A stretch of DNA of 64,000 bases from Candidatus Methylopumilus sp. (GTDB taxonomy: Bacteria > Pseudomonadota > Gammaproteobacteria > Burkholderiales > Burkholderiaceae_B): the NCBI GenBank assembly GCA_021738045.1, contig JAIPCU010000001.1, positions 751 through 64,750 on the forward strand, read 5' to 3'. This document shows positions 29,460-38,994 of this stretch, piece after piece; within the stretch, counting starts at the first letter, position 1, and each line of letters begins with the position of its first letter. The position numbers and the translations under genes were made by a program. Under the pieces are notes generated by a model. The model did not search any database and was not told where the DNA came from. It was given only the letters and a program-made list of their open reading frames with translations.

Positions 29460-32400
29460 ATGAGCCTAGACCTGCAACAGCTTCTCGTACGCGCTGCAAG
29501 CATTGATGAATTGCTTGGGCAAACCTATCAACGGCAACTCGGCCAGAAAGACAGCACTGACCGCGCTGCCTTAAGGCTTGCAGCTTGGTGTCGTTCTGCT
29601 GCAAGTGGGGATTGGGGTCTCTTGTCCAAACGACTTGCTCGCGATCACCTTTCGCTTGAGATCGTTCTCTCTAAATTCGCCGACGTTAAATTTGGATCCG
29701 ACAGTAAAGAGCCTCAGTGGTTTACGGATGCCCAATGGACATATGACGCCTTGATCAGTGAGGTCGAGGACATAAATCCTGTTTTTTTATGTACCACTGC
29801 GCAAAAACCTTTCGAGACGCTTTTTTATAAGCTAGTACACGTTGCCGATACAAAAGTGATTGAAAACGTTACCGAGGATACGGTTGCCTTGCTAACGGCC
29901 TCAGCCAGAACGACTTTGTGCAGCGGGCTATTACAACGACTCACAGATTTATATGCGCCCTTGCTGTACAGCAAATTTGTCGCGCTGCTAAAAAAAAATA
30001 CGCCCGATGGAAAATTACCGTCTTCAGCAGCTACGGCGGGCACTACTCAATTTCATACATTTATTACAGATTTAAAATCGACTGAATTAGCAGAAATTTT
30101 TAACGAGAAACCGGTCTTATTACGAATCACTGCGACCATCGTTAGGCAATGGATCGACACGACCGTCGAACTACTTGCACGACTGCAGTCAGATCTTGAA
30201 AACATTCGAGCGTCTATCACTCATTCAGGCCCAGACGTAAAGATCGACGCCATCAACGGTGACGTCTCAGACCCTCACAACTTTGGCCATTCAGTTCAGA
30301 TCATTACCCTTGATGATCAAACAAGGCTCGTCTACAAACCTAAAGATTTAGGCTTGGACGTTGCATGGCACGATTTGATCGTAGGATTTAACGCTGAAGC
30401 ACCACCCGTAGAACTCAAGCCCGTTAAAGCTATCGCATGTCAACAATACGGTTGGACTGAATTTATTGAACATACGTCATGTCAGTCGCCACAAGAACTC
30501 GAGCTGTTTTACCGTCGTTCGGGCGCGTGGTTAGCAGTCTTTCACTTATTTGCTAGCAGCGACATGCACTACGAAAACATCATTGCGCATAGCTCGCATC
30601 CAGTGCCGATTGATTTAGAAATGATATTGCAAGCAACCACCCCAGAGGCCGAGCAAGAAACGCCTGAAACAGCGGCCTTGATTGAAGCTAGCCAGAGTGT
30701 GCTGAATTCAGTCTTGATGGTCGGCATGCTACCTTCATATACAAAAAACCCCAATCATAAAATTATTGATGCGGGCGGGCTGAATGCAGTCAAACACGGA
30801 GCACTGCTTGGCATTTGGAAAAACACGAATACTGACGGTATGCGCTGGACTCAGGCCCCTAACGACTTGACAGGCACTCCCAATATCCCTCACATCAACG
30901 GCGAGTACGCTCAGTTAGGAGACTATTTACCCGCTTTCATACAGGGTTTTGAACAATATTCTCGCTTTCTGCTGAGACAACGCGACAAAAGCGGCGTTGA
31001 TCAATTGCTCTCAAAGTTCCATCGGTTACCTGTACGCAAGGTGATTCGCAATACGCGGTTCTATTACATTCTTTTGCAACGACTTAAAGATCATCGCAGT
31101 ATGAGTGACGGAGCAACCTGGAGTGCTCAAGCAGAGTTTTTATCGAGATTAGCAGATTGGGATTCGAAAGAAGATCTTCTTTGGCCCTTGCAAGCTGCAG
31201 AGCGACTAGCTCTGATCAATTTAAATATTCCTCACTTTACTTCGCCCAGCGATCAAGATTTAGTGAGCTCTCTCACAGGTCCTTGCACTCAAACAAATGC
31301 CACTCCTGGGCTGCAGCGCGCGGCGAAGCGGTTTCGCAACTGGTGCGATCTTGAAATTCAGCGTCAGATACAAATCATCACGGTTAGTACCAGTTTCTTG
31401 TCAAAAACGGTCGCAGAAAGCCAACAGACATATTTATTTAATCGACGCATTAAAGAAGCAATACCAAATTTCGATACGGCGTCGTTAGCCGCGGAGGCGA
31501 CACGTATCGCAACAACCATCGCGCAACACGCGACGATTAAAGAACAAAGCGCCGCTTGGGTTGGACTAGATTGGCTGGGTGATTCGGAGGTCGGACAACT
31601 GGTCACGCTTGGCGTTGATTTATACAACGGAACAAGTGGCATCGCCTTATTTTTGGCGGCTCATGCGCGCTATACCAACAGCTCGCTCAGTCGTGAACTT
31701 GCCGTTAAAGCACTTGCCGCACTGAGGCTCCAGATCGTGCAGCCTTCAGCGGGTAGATGGTCTAGAGGACTGGGCATCGGAGGCGCGACCGGGCTTGGTT
31801 CTATCGTTTACGCACTGACAACCATCTCGAGCATATTCGATAGCTCTTCATTGTTAGAAGACGCCCTAAGCGCGTCGAGACTATTTTCAAATGAATTCAT
31901 CGCAGCTGATCGCTCGCTCGACGTGATAGGTGGCAGCGCGGGAGGCATCTTGAGTCTGTTAGCGCTCTATCGAAAATCGCACGCCAGAGACGTGCTAGAG
32001 AAGGCCATTGCCTGTGGTGAGCATCTGTTAAGACAACCTCGACAAGGCGAAGTGGGCACACGCAGTTGGGTAGGCTTGGGGATAGGCGAAACGCGTTTAA
32101 CAGGTTTTTCGCACGGCGCCGCAGGATTCGACTATGCCTTGTCAAGTTTGGGTCACGTGACGGGGCGCGAGGATTTTATGCTGGCAGCCCATGAATGCCG
32201 AGCGTATGAAGACAGCTGCTATGACAAAAACGCATGTAATTGGCCAGACTTGCGCAAGGCCGACAAGGGATCACTTTGGTCGAGTCAATGGTGCCACGGG
32301 GCAGTGGGTATTGGATTAGCGAGAATTGCATCGAGCCACTGCGATCAAACACAATCTGCAGCGCTTGTTCACGATATCGAGCATGCCGTCGAAAATGCAA

Positions 32401-32684
32401 TGGTGAAATGGCCTCAAGGCGTCGACACGCTATGCTGCGGCACCCTTGGCGCCATCGAACTCTTGGCCGAGGCAGGTAAGCGATTGAATCGACCCACCCT
32501 TGGTCATTTATCGACTCAGCGCCTAGGGCAAATTATTGCCAATCGAAATGAACAAGGTGACTATGCCTGGAACGCTGGAGGTGCCGCTTTTAATCTTGGC
32601 TTGTTTCGCGGACTCTCTGGCGTGGGCTACACGATACTAAGACGACTAGACCCGTCGCTACCAAATGTATTGATATGGGAATAG
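29460..32684 (+). CDS. lanM: Class II lanthipeptide synthetase LanM (CCG/ProcM type)
   Basis: 1074 aa; dehydratase motifs YKPKD, DMHYEN, PIDLE, RNTRFY; cyclase motifs LYNGTSGI, GFSHGAAG, WCHG, LCCG, GLFRGLSG. Confidence 0.95.
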   Translation: MSLDLQQLLVRAASIDELLGQTYQRQLGQKDSTDRAALRLAAWCRSAASGDWGLLSKRLARDHLSLEIVLSKFADVKFGSDSKEPQWFTDAQWTYDALISEVEDINPVFLCTTAQKPFETLFYKLVHVADTKVIENVTEDTVALLTASARTTLCSGLLQRLTDLYAPLLYSKFVALLKKNTPDGKLPSSAATAGTTQFHTFITDLKSTELAEIFNEKPVLLRITATIVRQWIDTTVELLARLQSDLENIRASITHSGPDVKIDAINGDVSDPHNFGHSVQIITLDDQTRLVYKPKDLGLDVAWHDLIVGFNAEAPPVELKPVKAIACQQYGWTEFIEHTSCQSPQELELFYRRSGAWLAVFHLFASSDMHYENIIAHSSHPVPIDLEMILQATTPEAEQETPETAALIEASQSVLNSVLMVGMLPSYTKNPNHKIIDAGGLNAVKHGALLGIWKNTNTDGMRWTQAPNDLTGTPNIPHINGEYAQLGDYLPAFIQGFEQYSRFLLRQRDKSGVDQLLSKFHRLPVRKVIRNTRFYYILLQRLKDHRSMSDGATWSAQAEFLSRLADWDSKEDLLWPLQAAERLALINLNIPHFTSPSDQDLVSSLTGPCTQTNATPGLQRAAKRFRNWCDLEIQRQIQIITVSTSFLSKTVAESQQTYLFNRRIKEAIPNFDTASLAAEATRIATTIAQHATIKEQSAAWVGLDWLGDSEVGQLVTLGVDLYNGTSGIALFLAAHARYTNSSLSRELAVKALAALRLQIVQPSAGRWSRGLGIGGATGLGSIVYALTTISSIFDSSSLLEDALSASRLFSNEFIAADRSLDVIGGSAGGILSLLALYRKSHARDVLEKAIACGEHLLRQPRQGEVGTRSWVGLGIGETRLTGFSHGAAGFDYALSSLGHVTGREDFMLAAHECRAYEDSCYDKNACNWPDLRKADKGSLWSSQWCHGAVGIGLARIASSHCDQTQSAALVHDIEHAVENAMVKWPQGVDTLCCGTLGAIELLAEAGKRLNRPTLGHLSTQRLGQIIANRNEQGDYAWNAGGAAFNLGLFRGLSGVGYTILRRLDPSLPNVLIWE

Positions 32685-32688
32685 CGTC

Positions 32689-32718
32689 TTGACAACGCGC
32701 GCGCAGCAGATTTATAAA
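32689..32718 (+). promoter_or_regulatory. Near-consensus sigma70 promoter for the precursor gene
   Basis: TTGACA (32689-32694), 18-nt spacer, TATAAA (32713-32718). Confidence 0.6.
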
Positions 32719-32776
32719 ACTATGACATCGGTGATGGCTGCGGACGCTTGAGCTAGAACCCTTAACCACGGAGATT

Positions 32777-32911
32777 ATGATGAACATTGAACTTGACGAA
32801 GTTGCCTTACCTGAGATCACAGATGAGGCGCTAGAGCAGACCGCGGGCGACGCCCAAGGTCCGCACATCACACGTAGCTGGAATGTAGACACTCAGACTT
32901 CAGGTTGTTAA
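32777..32911 (+). CDS. lanA: Lanthipeptide precursor LanA, 44 aa (not in ORF track)
   Basis: GGAG RBS; MMNIELDEVALPEITDEALEQTAG-DAQGPHITRSWNVDTQTSGC; acidic double-Gly-type leader; core with 3 Thr, 2 Ser and 1 Cys; 92 bp after lanM. Confidence 0.85.
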   Translation: MMNIELDEVALPEITDEALEQTAGDAQGPHITRSWNVDTQTSGC

Positions 32912-33299
32912 CGCCTCGCGATCACGACTTGATCTGCTAACCCTTGCGCTAGCAGCACAGGCGCAGTCGATCAACGTCGTGACCACTGCACAAACCATTT
33001 TCATACCTCGGGTCATCGTGTCGCGTCACGAGCCCTTGCAGAACGGCACCCCACAGCTCAATCCTCACAAAACCTGACATTCGCTGCTCTCAAACGGGGC
33101 GCTAAACACTCCCCATGACTTTCTTGCGTATAACGAGCTAACGTAGCTAAACAGGGCGACTCGGTTTGCCTTGAGAAGGCTGCTACGAAACCCCTGCAGC
33201 GCCTATCAGACTGTCGGTACGAACTTGACACAACTGCGGATCAGCGTAAAACTCATTCGATAATTTTTATACTTAGCGCTAACGGCGCATAGGCAACCG

Positions 33300-34076
33300 A
33301 TGATAATCAGTTTTTTTTCAAATGAGTTGTGGGCCGTCATATTGTTCTCAGTGATCGAGCCACTTTTTTTTCTTTACCTTTTCAGTTTCATTTTCAAAAA
33401 AGTTCTCAAACCAAAAGACACACAAGACGGTGACAGAGACTTTCTGATCAGTACGCTGACTGGTTTGATCACTCTGGCGTGTATCGTGATTGGTTTCGCG
33501 TTCTCCATCGCCATTTCAAATTTGAACCAAGCAGATTCAAATCTGTTTCGCGAGGCGACTAGAATAGTGAGCTTAGAGAGATTGTTAGTGGTTGAAGGAA
33601 GTTATCAGTCACTCGAAGCCAAAAAAAATTTGGATACCTATGCGGCCTCAATTGCTCTTGACGAGTGGCCTGAAATGGTCAAGGGTGGCCACAGCGAAAA
33701 AACCTCTCGGCTGATCGGTCAACTGCTAGAAAGTATTAATAAAATTGAACCTCTTGGAACCAAGCAAGAGGGTTTATTTACCCAAATTATGGCCGAAAGT
33801 ATTGAAGTGCAACATTCTCGCATTCAACGGATTTTGAATACGTCAATGGGTATCCCTCCAATATTCGTAGGCTTGACTTGTTTGTTGATGATGCTGATCT
33901 ATCTGGTCTCTTCCGTTCTATTAATCAATGCCTCGAAAATGCTTAAAATTGCCTTGCCGCTACAGGCTTGTGTCTTCTCTTTTTTCATAGGCGGTATTTG
34001 TTTACTGGATGGCCCCTATTCTGGTGCGATGCCGATCACAGCAACACCAATTTTAAAAGCCCTCGGCGCACGGTAA
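33300..34076 (+). CDS. Multi-TM membrane protein (DUF4239/bestrophin-like)
   Basis: TM-TM-soluble-TM-TM layout; REA, DEWP and LDGPYSG motifs. Confidence 0.65.
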   Translation: MIISFFSNELWAVILFSVIEPLFFLYLFSFIFKKVLKPKDTQDGDRDFLISTLTGLITLACIVIGFAFSIAISNLNQADSNLFREATRIVSLERLLVVEGSYQSLEAKKNLDTYAASIALDEWPEMVKGGHSEKTSRLIGQLLESINKIEPLGTKQEGLFTQIMAESIEVQHSRIQRILNTSMGIPPIFVGLTCLLMMLIYLVSSVLLINASKMLKIALPLQACVFSFFIGGICLLDGPYSGAMPITATPILKALGAR

Positions 34077-34163
34077 GTCAGTGACTTTGAGTACGAAGTT
34101 AGTGCCACAGCCAGATCAAGGCTATTGCTGTTGTTAACGTTATAGAACGCAACGAACTGAAAG

Positions 34164-34640
34164 TTATTCTGCCTTGATACCTGCAAACTTAATCACCTTT
34201 GTCCACTTTTCCGTGGCTTCGGCGATGATGGTTCCGAATTCTGCGGGGGTTCCACCAAGCACAGTTCCACCAAGCTCAGTAATACGGGCTTGAACCTTAC
34301 TATCGGCAAGCCCCAGATTAACTTCTTTGTTCAACATATTAATAATTTCAGTTGGGGTATCTTTTGGAGCTCCGATTCCAGCAAAACCACTAGCCTCATA
34401 GCCGGGAACGAACTCACCCACTGTTGGAACATCGGGCAAAACATCCAAACGCGCTTGCGCCTGCTCGATTTTCAACTATGAATTGTTGACCAAGACGTTC
34501 CGACAGCCATTGGCCCACCAAACGAGCCTGAATGTCGGTGGCTCCTCCAGCAGCAAAGCCAACAACAATGCGAGCTGGACGCGAAGAATAGGCTTGCGCC
34601 CAGCTAAAGGGATACCAACCAAAAAACTTTCTCAACAAAA
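34164..34640 (-). pseudogene. Internally deleted, frameshifted Bug/TctC gene
   Basis: N-terminal part [23 protein letters not shown]...ENRAGAS is joined out of frame near 34455 to C-terminal part [15 protein letters not shown]...FAGIKAE; 5' end approximate. Confidence 0.85.
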
Positions 34641-34885
34641 ACAATGGCTTGCATACTGCGCCAAATCCAACGTCCACAGCCCAATTGCCCTAACGCATCA
34701 CAAGCTAGCAGGGCTAAAACCAATCAAGCAGTTCTGAACGATACCGTGCAAGTGGACTTGAGCCGGAGGGGTCAACGGGTGCTTCTTGTGGAAAAACGAT
34801 CGCCTCAGATCTTGAGCAGTGGAGAGAAGTGGTCAATACGAACAAAATCACACTTCAGTAGAGAGGTCGCTCAACGCAAGACCGT

Positions 34886-34919
34886 ATGTCATCAAGATGC
34901 AATACGATGCAAATAACAT
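34886..34919 (+). promoter_or_regulatory. Pho box and -10 element upstream of the AEP transporter
   Basis: ATGTCAT-CAAG-ATGCAAT followed 10 nt later by TAACAT; same geometry as the ptxA promoter. Confidence 0.62.
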
Positions 34920-34998
34920 GTGACGAAGGTTTGACCAGATTTGATAAATCTGATCAATTGTTTTGACCACCACATTGTTACCTTTTCGGATCACTCAT

Positions 34999-36039
34999 AT
35001 GAAACTGAGCTATTTGTTAAAAACCGCTTTGTCAGGTGCTTTCGTTGCACTGTTGGCGATGCCTGCTGTTGCACAAAAGACTGTTTTATCGGTTTATTCC
35101 GCTCTGGAAAATGATCAACTTGGGCCCTACAAAAAAGCCTTTGAGGCAGCGCACCCTGATATCGAAATCGCATGGGTACGCGATTCGACCGGAATCATCA
35201 CTGCCCGCATTTTGGCTGAAAAAGATAACCCCCGTGCAGACGTAATTTGGGGTTTGGGTGCATCGAGTGTCGCGCTGTTCGATACCATGGGTTTGTTGCT
35301 GCCTTATAGCCCAAAGGGTGTTGATCAGCTTAAACCCATTTTTCGTAGCGCCAAGAACCCCACCACCTGGACTGGCCTAGATGCGTGGCTGGCAGTCATG
35401 TGTTTCAACACCATTGAAGGTGGTAAAAAGTCCATGCCAAAGCCTGAGTCATGGGCCGACTTGACCAACCCAATTTACAAAGACTCCATCGTGATGCCTA
35501 ACCCAGCTTCCTCAGGCACTGGTTATCAGGCTGTTTACACCTGGTTGCAACTGATGGGTGAAAAAGGTGGCTGGGAGTTTATGGACAAGCTCCACCAAAA
35601 CGTTGCTGTCTATACGCACTCTGGCTCCGCACCCTGTGTGCAAGCCGCTAAAGGTGAACGTGTGGTCGGTATTGGTGCTGACATGCGCGGCGCGAGAGAG
35701 AAAACAGGTGGTGCACCGCTTGACGTGATTTTGGCCAAGGAAGGTTCACCTTGGGACATGGAAGCGACTGCCATTGTCAAAGGTACAAAAAATTTAGCGG
35801 CTGCACAAAAATTGGCGGATTTCGCCGTGACGAAGGACGCCTATGAGCTCTACGGTAAGTTCTACGCCATTGTGGGTTACCCGGGTTTAAACCCTGCACC
35901 ACCAAACTATCCTGCCAATGCTGAAAGCTCCATGGCTAAAATTGACTTGGTAAAAATGGGTGAAGAGCGTGCTCGTATTTTGGCCGAGTGGACCAAGCGT
36001 TACGATGCGAAGTCAGCACCTAGGCCCGTGGCGAAGTAA
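34999..36039 (+). CDS. Putative 2-aminoethylphosphonate ABC transporter substrate-binding protein
   Basis: WVRDSTGIITARILAEKDNP, MPNPASSGTG and YTHSGSAPC motifs (PhnS2-type). Confidence 0.85.
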   Translation: MKLSYLLKTALSGAFVALLAMPAVAQKTVLSVYSALENDQLGPYKKAFEAAHPDIEIAWVRDSTGIITARILAEKDNPRADVIWGLGASSVALFDTMGLLLPYSPKGVDQLKPIFRSAKNPTTWTGLDAWLAVMCFNTIEGGKKSMPKPESWADLTNPIYKDSIVMPNPASSGTGYQAVYTWLQLMGEKGGWEFMDKLHQNVAVYTHSGSAPCVQAAKGERVVGIGADMRGAREKTGGAPLDVILAKEGSPWDMEATAIVKGTKNLAAAQKLADFAVTKDAYELYGKFYAIVGYPGLNPAPPNYPANAESSMAKIDLVKMGEERARILAEWTKRYDAKSAPRPVAK

Positions 36040-36085
36040 ACCTATCGCTATCGGATAGCGCCTTGCGCCATCCCGGGTAAATCTC

Positions 36086-36116
36086 AGTGGCGCTGCACAA
36101 GCGCCACTTTTTATTT
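36086..36116 (+). terminator. Intercistronic hairpin with U-tract after the binding-protein gene
   Basis: AGTGGCGCT-GCACA-AGCGCCACT followed by TTTTATTT. Confidence 0.65.
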
Positions 36117-36127
36117 AATGTGTTTGT

Positions 36128-37231
36128 GTGAGCGCGATGACCGTCCCATACCTCGATTTGAACAAAATCAACAAACGCTTTGGTCATTTCTGGGCGCTGC
36201 GTGACGTCTCACTTCAAATCAGCCCCGGAGAATTTGTTTGTTTTTTAGGACCTTCAGGCTGCGGGAAGACAACGTTGCTGCGCATCATTGCCGGCTTAGA
36301 GAAGCAAGACAACGGTTCAATTTTTCAAATGGGACGCGACATCTCGGTCTTGCCACCTTCGAAGCGTGATTTTGGCATCGTCTTTCAGTCTTACGCTTTA
36401 TTTCCCAATTTAAATGTGCGCGACAACGTTGGCTATGGCTTGCAAGGTAAAGCATGGACGCGTGAAAAGCGACAAGTGCGCGTGGACGACTTATTAAGTT
36501 TGGTCGGCTTATCAGCCTCAGCGCGCCAATATCCTGCGCAATTATCGGGAGGCATGCAGCAGCGTGTCGCGCTTGCGCGCGCTCTCGCAACATCTCCCGG
36601 TTTGTTATTGCTCGATGAACCACTGAGTGCCTTGGATGCGAGAGTACGCGCTCATCTACGCACCGAGTTGCGACAATTACACCAGCGCCTTGGGGTGACG
36701 ACCATCATGGTCACGCACGATCAGGAGGAAGCATTGAGCTTGGCCGATCGCATCGTGGTGATTAATCAGGGCGGCATCGAACAAGTTGGTACACCTCAAG
36801 AAATTTACCAACAACCCCGCAGCGCCTTTGTTGCAGATTTTGTCGGTAAAACAAATCCCTTGCAAGTACAGTGGCTCTCGCCCGGCCGTTTCGATTGGCA
36901 CGGGATCGAATTATGCTGCGAACACACTTCACCTCAGTCTTTGGGAGAAATGTTTACCTTGGCGCTCAGGCCAGAGGACATTGTGTTGCACGATCAAGAC
37001 CGTCCTAATCTACAGGCAAGTAATTGTTACGCAGCACAAGTACAAGACCTTGAATTTTTAGGCGCCTTTTGTCGGGTTCGGGTGCATCTTCCCATTAATG
37101 GTCAAAGCTTGTTAGCCGAGGTGCCTAGTGCACAGGCGGCACGCATGGGTTTGACACGCTCCCGTCAAGTTTTTGTTGGCCTGTCTGCCGAGCGCATGCA
37201 GGTCTTCGGCCCGAACGCCAGGGCGGCGTGA
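36128..37231 (+). CDS. Putative 2-aminoethylphosphonate ABC transporter ATP-binding protein
   Basis: GPSGCGKTT, LSGGMQQR, LLLDEPLSALDA; C-terminal TOBE-like region. Confidence 0.85.
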   Translation: MSAMTVPYLDLNKINKRFGHFWALRDVSLQISPGEFVCFLGPSGCGKTTLLRIIAGLEKQDNGSIFQMGRDISVLPPSKRDFGIVFQSYALFPNLNVRDNVGYGLQGKAWTREKRQVRVDDLLSLVGLSASARQYPAQLSGGMQQRVALARALATSPGLLLLDEPLSALDARVRAHLRTELRQLHQRLGVTTIMVTHDQEEALSLADRIVVINQGGIEQVGTPQEIYQQPRSAFVADFVGKTNPLQVQWLSPGRFDWHGIELCCEHTSPQSLGEMFTLALRPEDIVLHDQDRPNLQASNCYAAQVQDLEFLGAFCRVRVHLPINGQSLLAEVPSAQAARMGLTRSRQVFVGLSAERMQVFGPNARAA

Positions 37232-38907
37232 TCTTGACCAATTGGCAACAACTTGACTCCGACAGCGCTTGGATGCGTGTGGTCATGTTATTGCTCGGTC
37301 TATGGCTGTTGGTCACGTTGGTCTTACCCTTAGGCACTTTGCTGAGCAAGAGTTTTGCAGACGCAAATGGGACCTGGGTGGGACTCAACAACTATGCCAG
37401 CTACTTTGCGACCCCCTCTTTAACTGATTCCTTGTGGAATAGTGTATGGGTCTCTACGGTAGTCGCGTGCATCACGCTCACCTTGGCCTATGTCTATGCC
37501 TTCGCATTAACGCGTAGCGCGATGCCAGGAAAGGTGGTTTTTAAGGCCTTGGCCTTAATTCCAATTTTTGCGCCTTCTTTATTACCAGCGATCTCGTTGG
37601 TGTATTTGTTCGGCAATCAAGGGTTCTTAAAAGATTGGCTTTTTGGAACGCCGATTTATGGACCGCTGGGTATAGTGATTGCTCAGGTCTTTTATTGTTT
37701 TCCGCACGCCTTAATGATCTTAGTGGTTGCGCTGAGCATGGCCGATGCAAGGCATTACGAAGCAGCTCGTGTGCTCGGTGCCTCGCCTTTTCGCACCTTC
37801 ACGACGGTGACCTTGCCGGGCAGTAAATATGGTCTGATCAGTGCAGGCTTTGTGGTGTTTACGTTGGCTATTACTGATTTCGGAATTCCCAAAGTGATAG
37901 GCGGGCAGTTCAATGTGTTGGCTACCGATATCTTTAAGCAGGTGATTGGTCAACAAAACTTTTCAATGGGTGCTGTTGTAGGTTTCGCGCTGCTTTTGCC
38001 GGCCGTCATCGCTTTCGTCGCAGATCGCTGGGTGCAGCACCGTCAGGTCGCTTTATTGAGTGGTCGGTCGGTACCGTTAGTTCCTTCCAAACACACACTA
38101 CGCGATATCGGGCTTTTGATTTTTTGTACGCTCGTTGCAGGCGCTTTTTTGTTGATCTTGGGTATGGCAGTTTGGGCCTCCTTCGTCACACGATGGCCTT
38201 ACAACCTCAATTTGACTTGGGCAAATTATCACTTTGAAAACTTTGATAGCGATGGCTGGAATGCGTATTTCAACTCTTTACGTATGGCCGCTTGGACAGC
38301 GGTGGTGGGTACGTTGGTCGTATTTACGGGTGCTTTCGTATTGGAAAAAACACGTGGGTTTGTGTTGATTCGCCACGCCACGCAGTTGATGGCCATGCTT
38401 TCTATGGCAGTGCCAGGTTTGGTATTGGGTTTGTCATACATATTCTTTTTTAATGCGCCTGGCAACCCGCTTGGTTTCATTTACGGCACGATGGCGATAT
38501 TGGTACTGAACTCGGTCGCGCATTTTTATACTGTCAGCCACATTACTGCGACCACAGCGCTCAAGCAATTAGATAGTGAGTTTGAATCAGTGTCAACGTC
38601 ACTCAAGATATCTATCGGTCGCATGTTCAAACGCGTCACGGTCCCGGTATGTTTGCCAGCGATCCTCGATATCAGTATTTATTTTTTCGTGAATGCGATG
38701 ACGACTGTTTCAGCAGTGATCTTTTTGTACGGTTCGAATACAAAATTGGCGGCGGTCTCTATCGTACAAATGGATGAGGCGGGTTCCACAGCAGCTGCTG
38801 CAGCCATGGCTGTCGTGATTGTTGCCACGTCAGTCGCTGTGAAAGTCGTGCATAGTTTGCTGACTTATCAGCTACGTAAAAAAACTCAAGCATGGCGGTT
38901 ACGCTGA
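37228..38907 (+). CDS. Putative 2-aminoethylphosphonate ABC transporter permease (fused double domain)
   Basis: 559 aa; APSLLPAISL.YLFGNQG, FPHAL and TDFGIPKVIGG motifs. Confidence 0.85.
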   Translation: MILTNWQQLDSDSAWMRVVMLLLGLWLLVTLVLPLGTLLSKSFADANGTWVGLNNYASYFATPSLTDSLWNSVWVSTVVACITLTLAYVYAFALTRSAMPGKVVFKALALIPIFAPSLLPAISLVYLFGNQGFLKDWLFGTPIYGPLGIVIAQVFYCFPHALMILVVALSMADARHYEAARVLGASPFRTFTTVTLPGSKYGLISAGFVVFTLAITDFGIPKVIGGQFNVLATDIFKQVIGQQNFSMGAVVGFALLLPAVIAFVADRWVQHRQVALLSGRSVPLVPSKHTLRDIGLLIFCTLVAGAFLLILGMAVWASFVTRWPYNLNLTWANYHFENFDSDGWNAYFNSLRMAAWTAVVGTLVVFTGAFVLEKTRGFVLIRHATQLMAMLSMAVPGLVLGLSYIFFFNAPGNPLGFIYGTMAILVLNSVAHFYTVSHITATTALKQLDSEFESVSTSLKISIGRMFKRVTVPVCLPAILDISIYFFVNAMTTVSAVIFLYGSNTKLAAVSIVQMDEAGSTAAAAAMAVVIVATSVAVKVVHSLLTYQLRKKTQAWRLR

Positions 38908-38925
38908 AGTCACGAGCTAGAAGCG

Positions 38926-38949
38926 CAAAGCCCCGCACTGTGCGGGGCT
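38926..38949 (-). terminator. GC-rich hairpin between the convergent permease and tRNA genes
   Basis: AGCCCCGCA-CTG-TGCGGGGCT, with a short T run on the minus strand. Confidence 0.6.
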
Positions 38950-38994
38950 CGTGGCATATCGAAGCGCTGCATGGCAGGTTCGAAACTTAAGTTT

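Noticed and set aside
32590-32892. 100-aa minus-strand ORF from the track
   Set aside because: Antisense shadow of lanA and the lanM 3' end; the plus-strand ORF has the RBS, promoter and leader motif
32983-33299. Additional lanthipeptide precursor genes
   Set aside because: No ORF with an RBS and leader-like motif was found by eye
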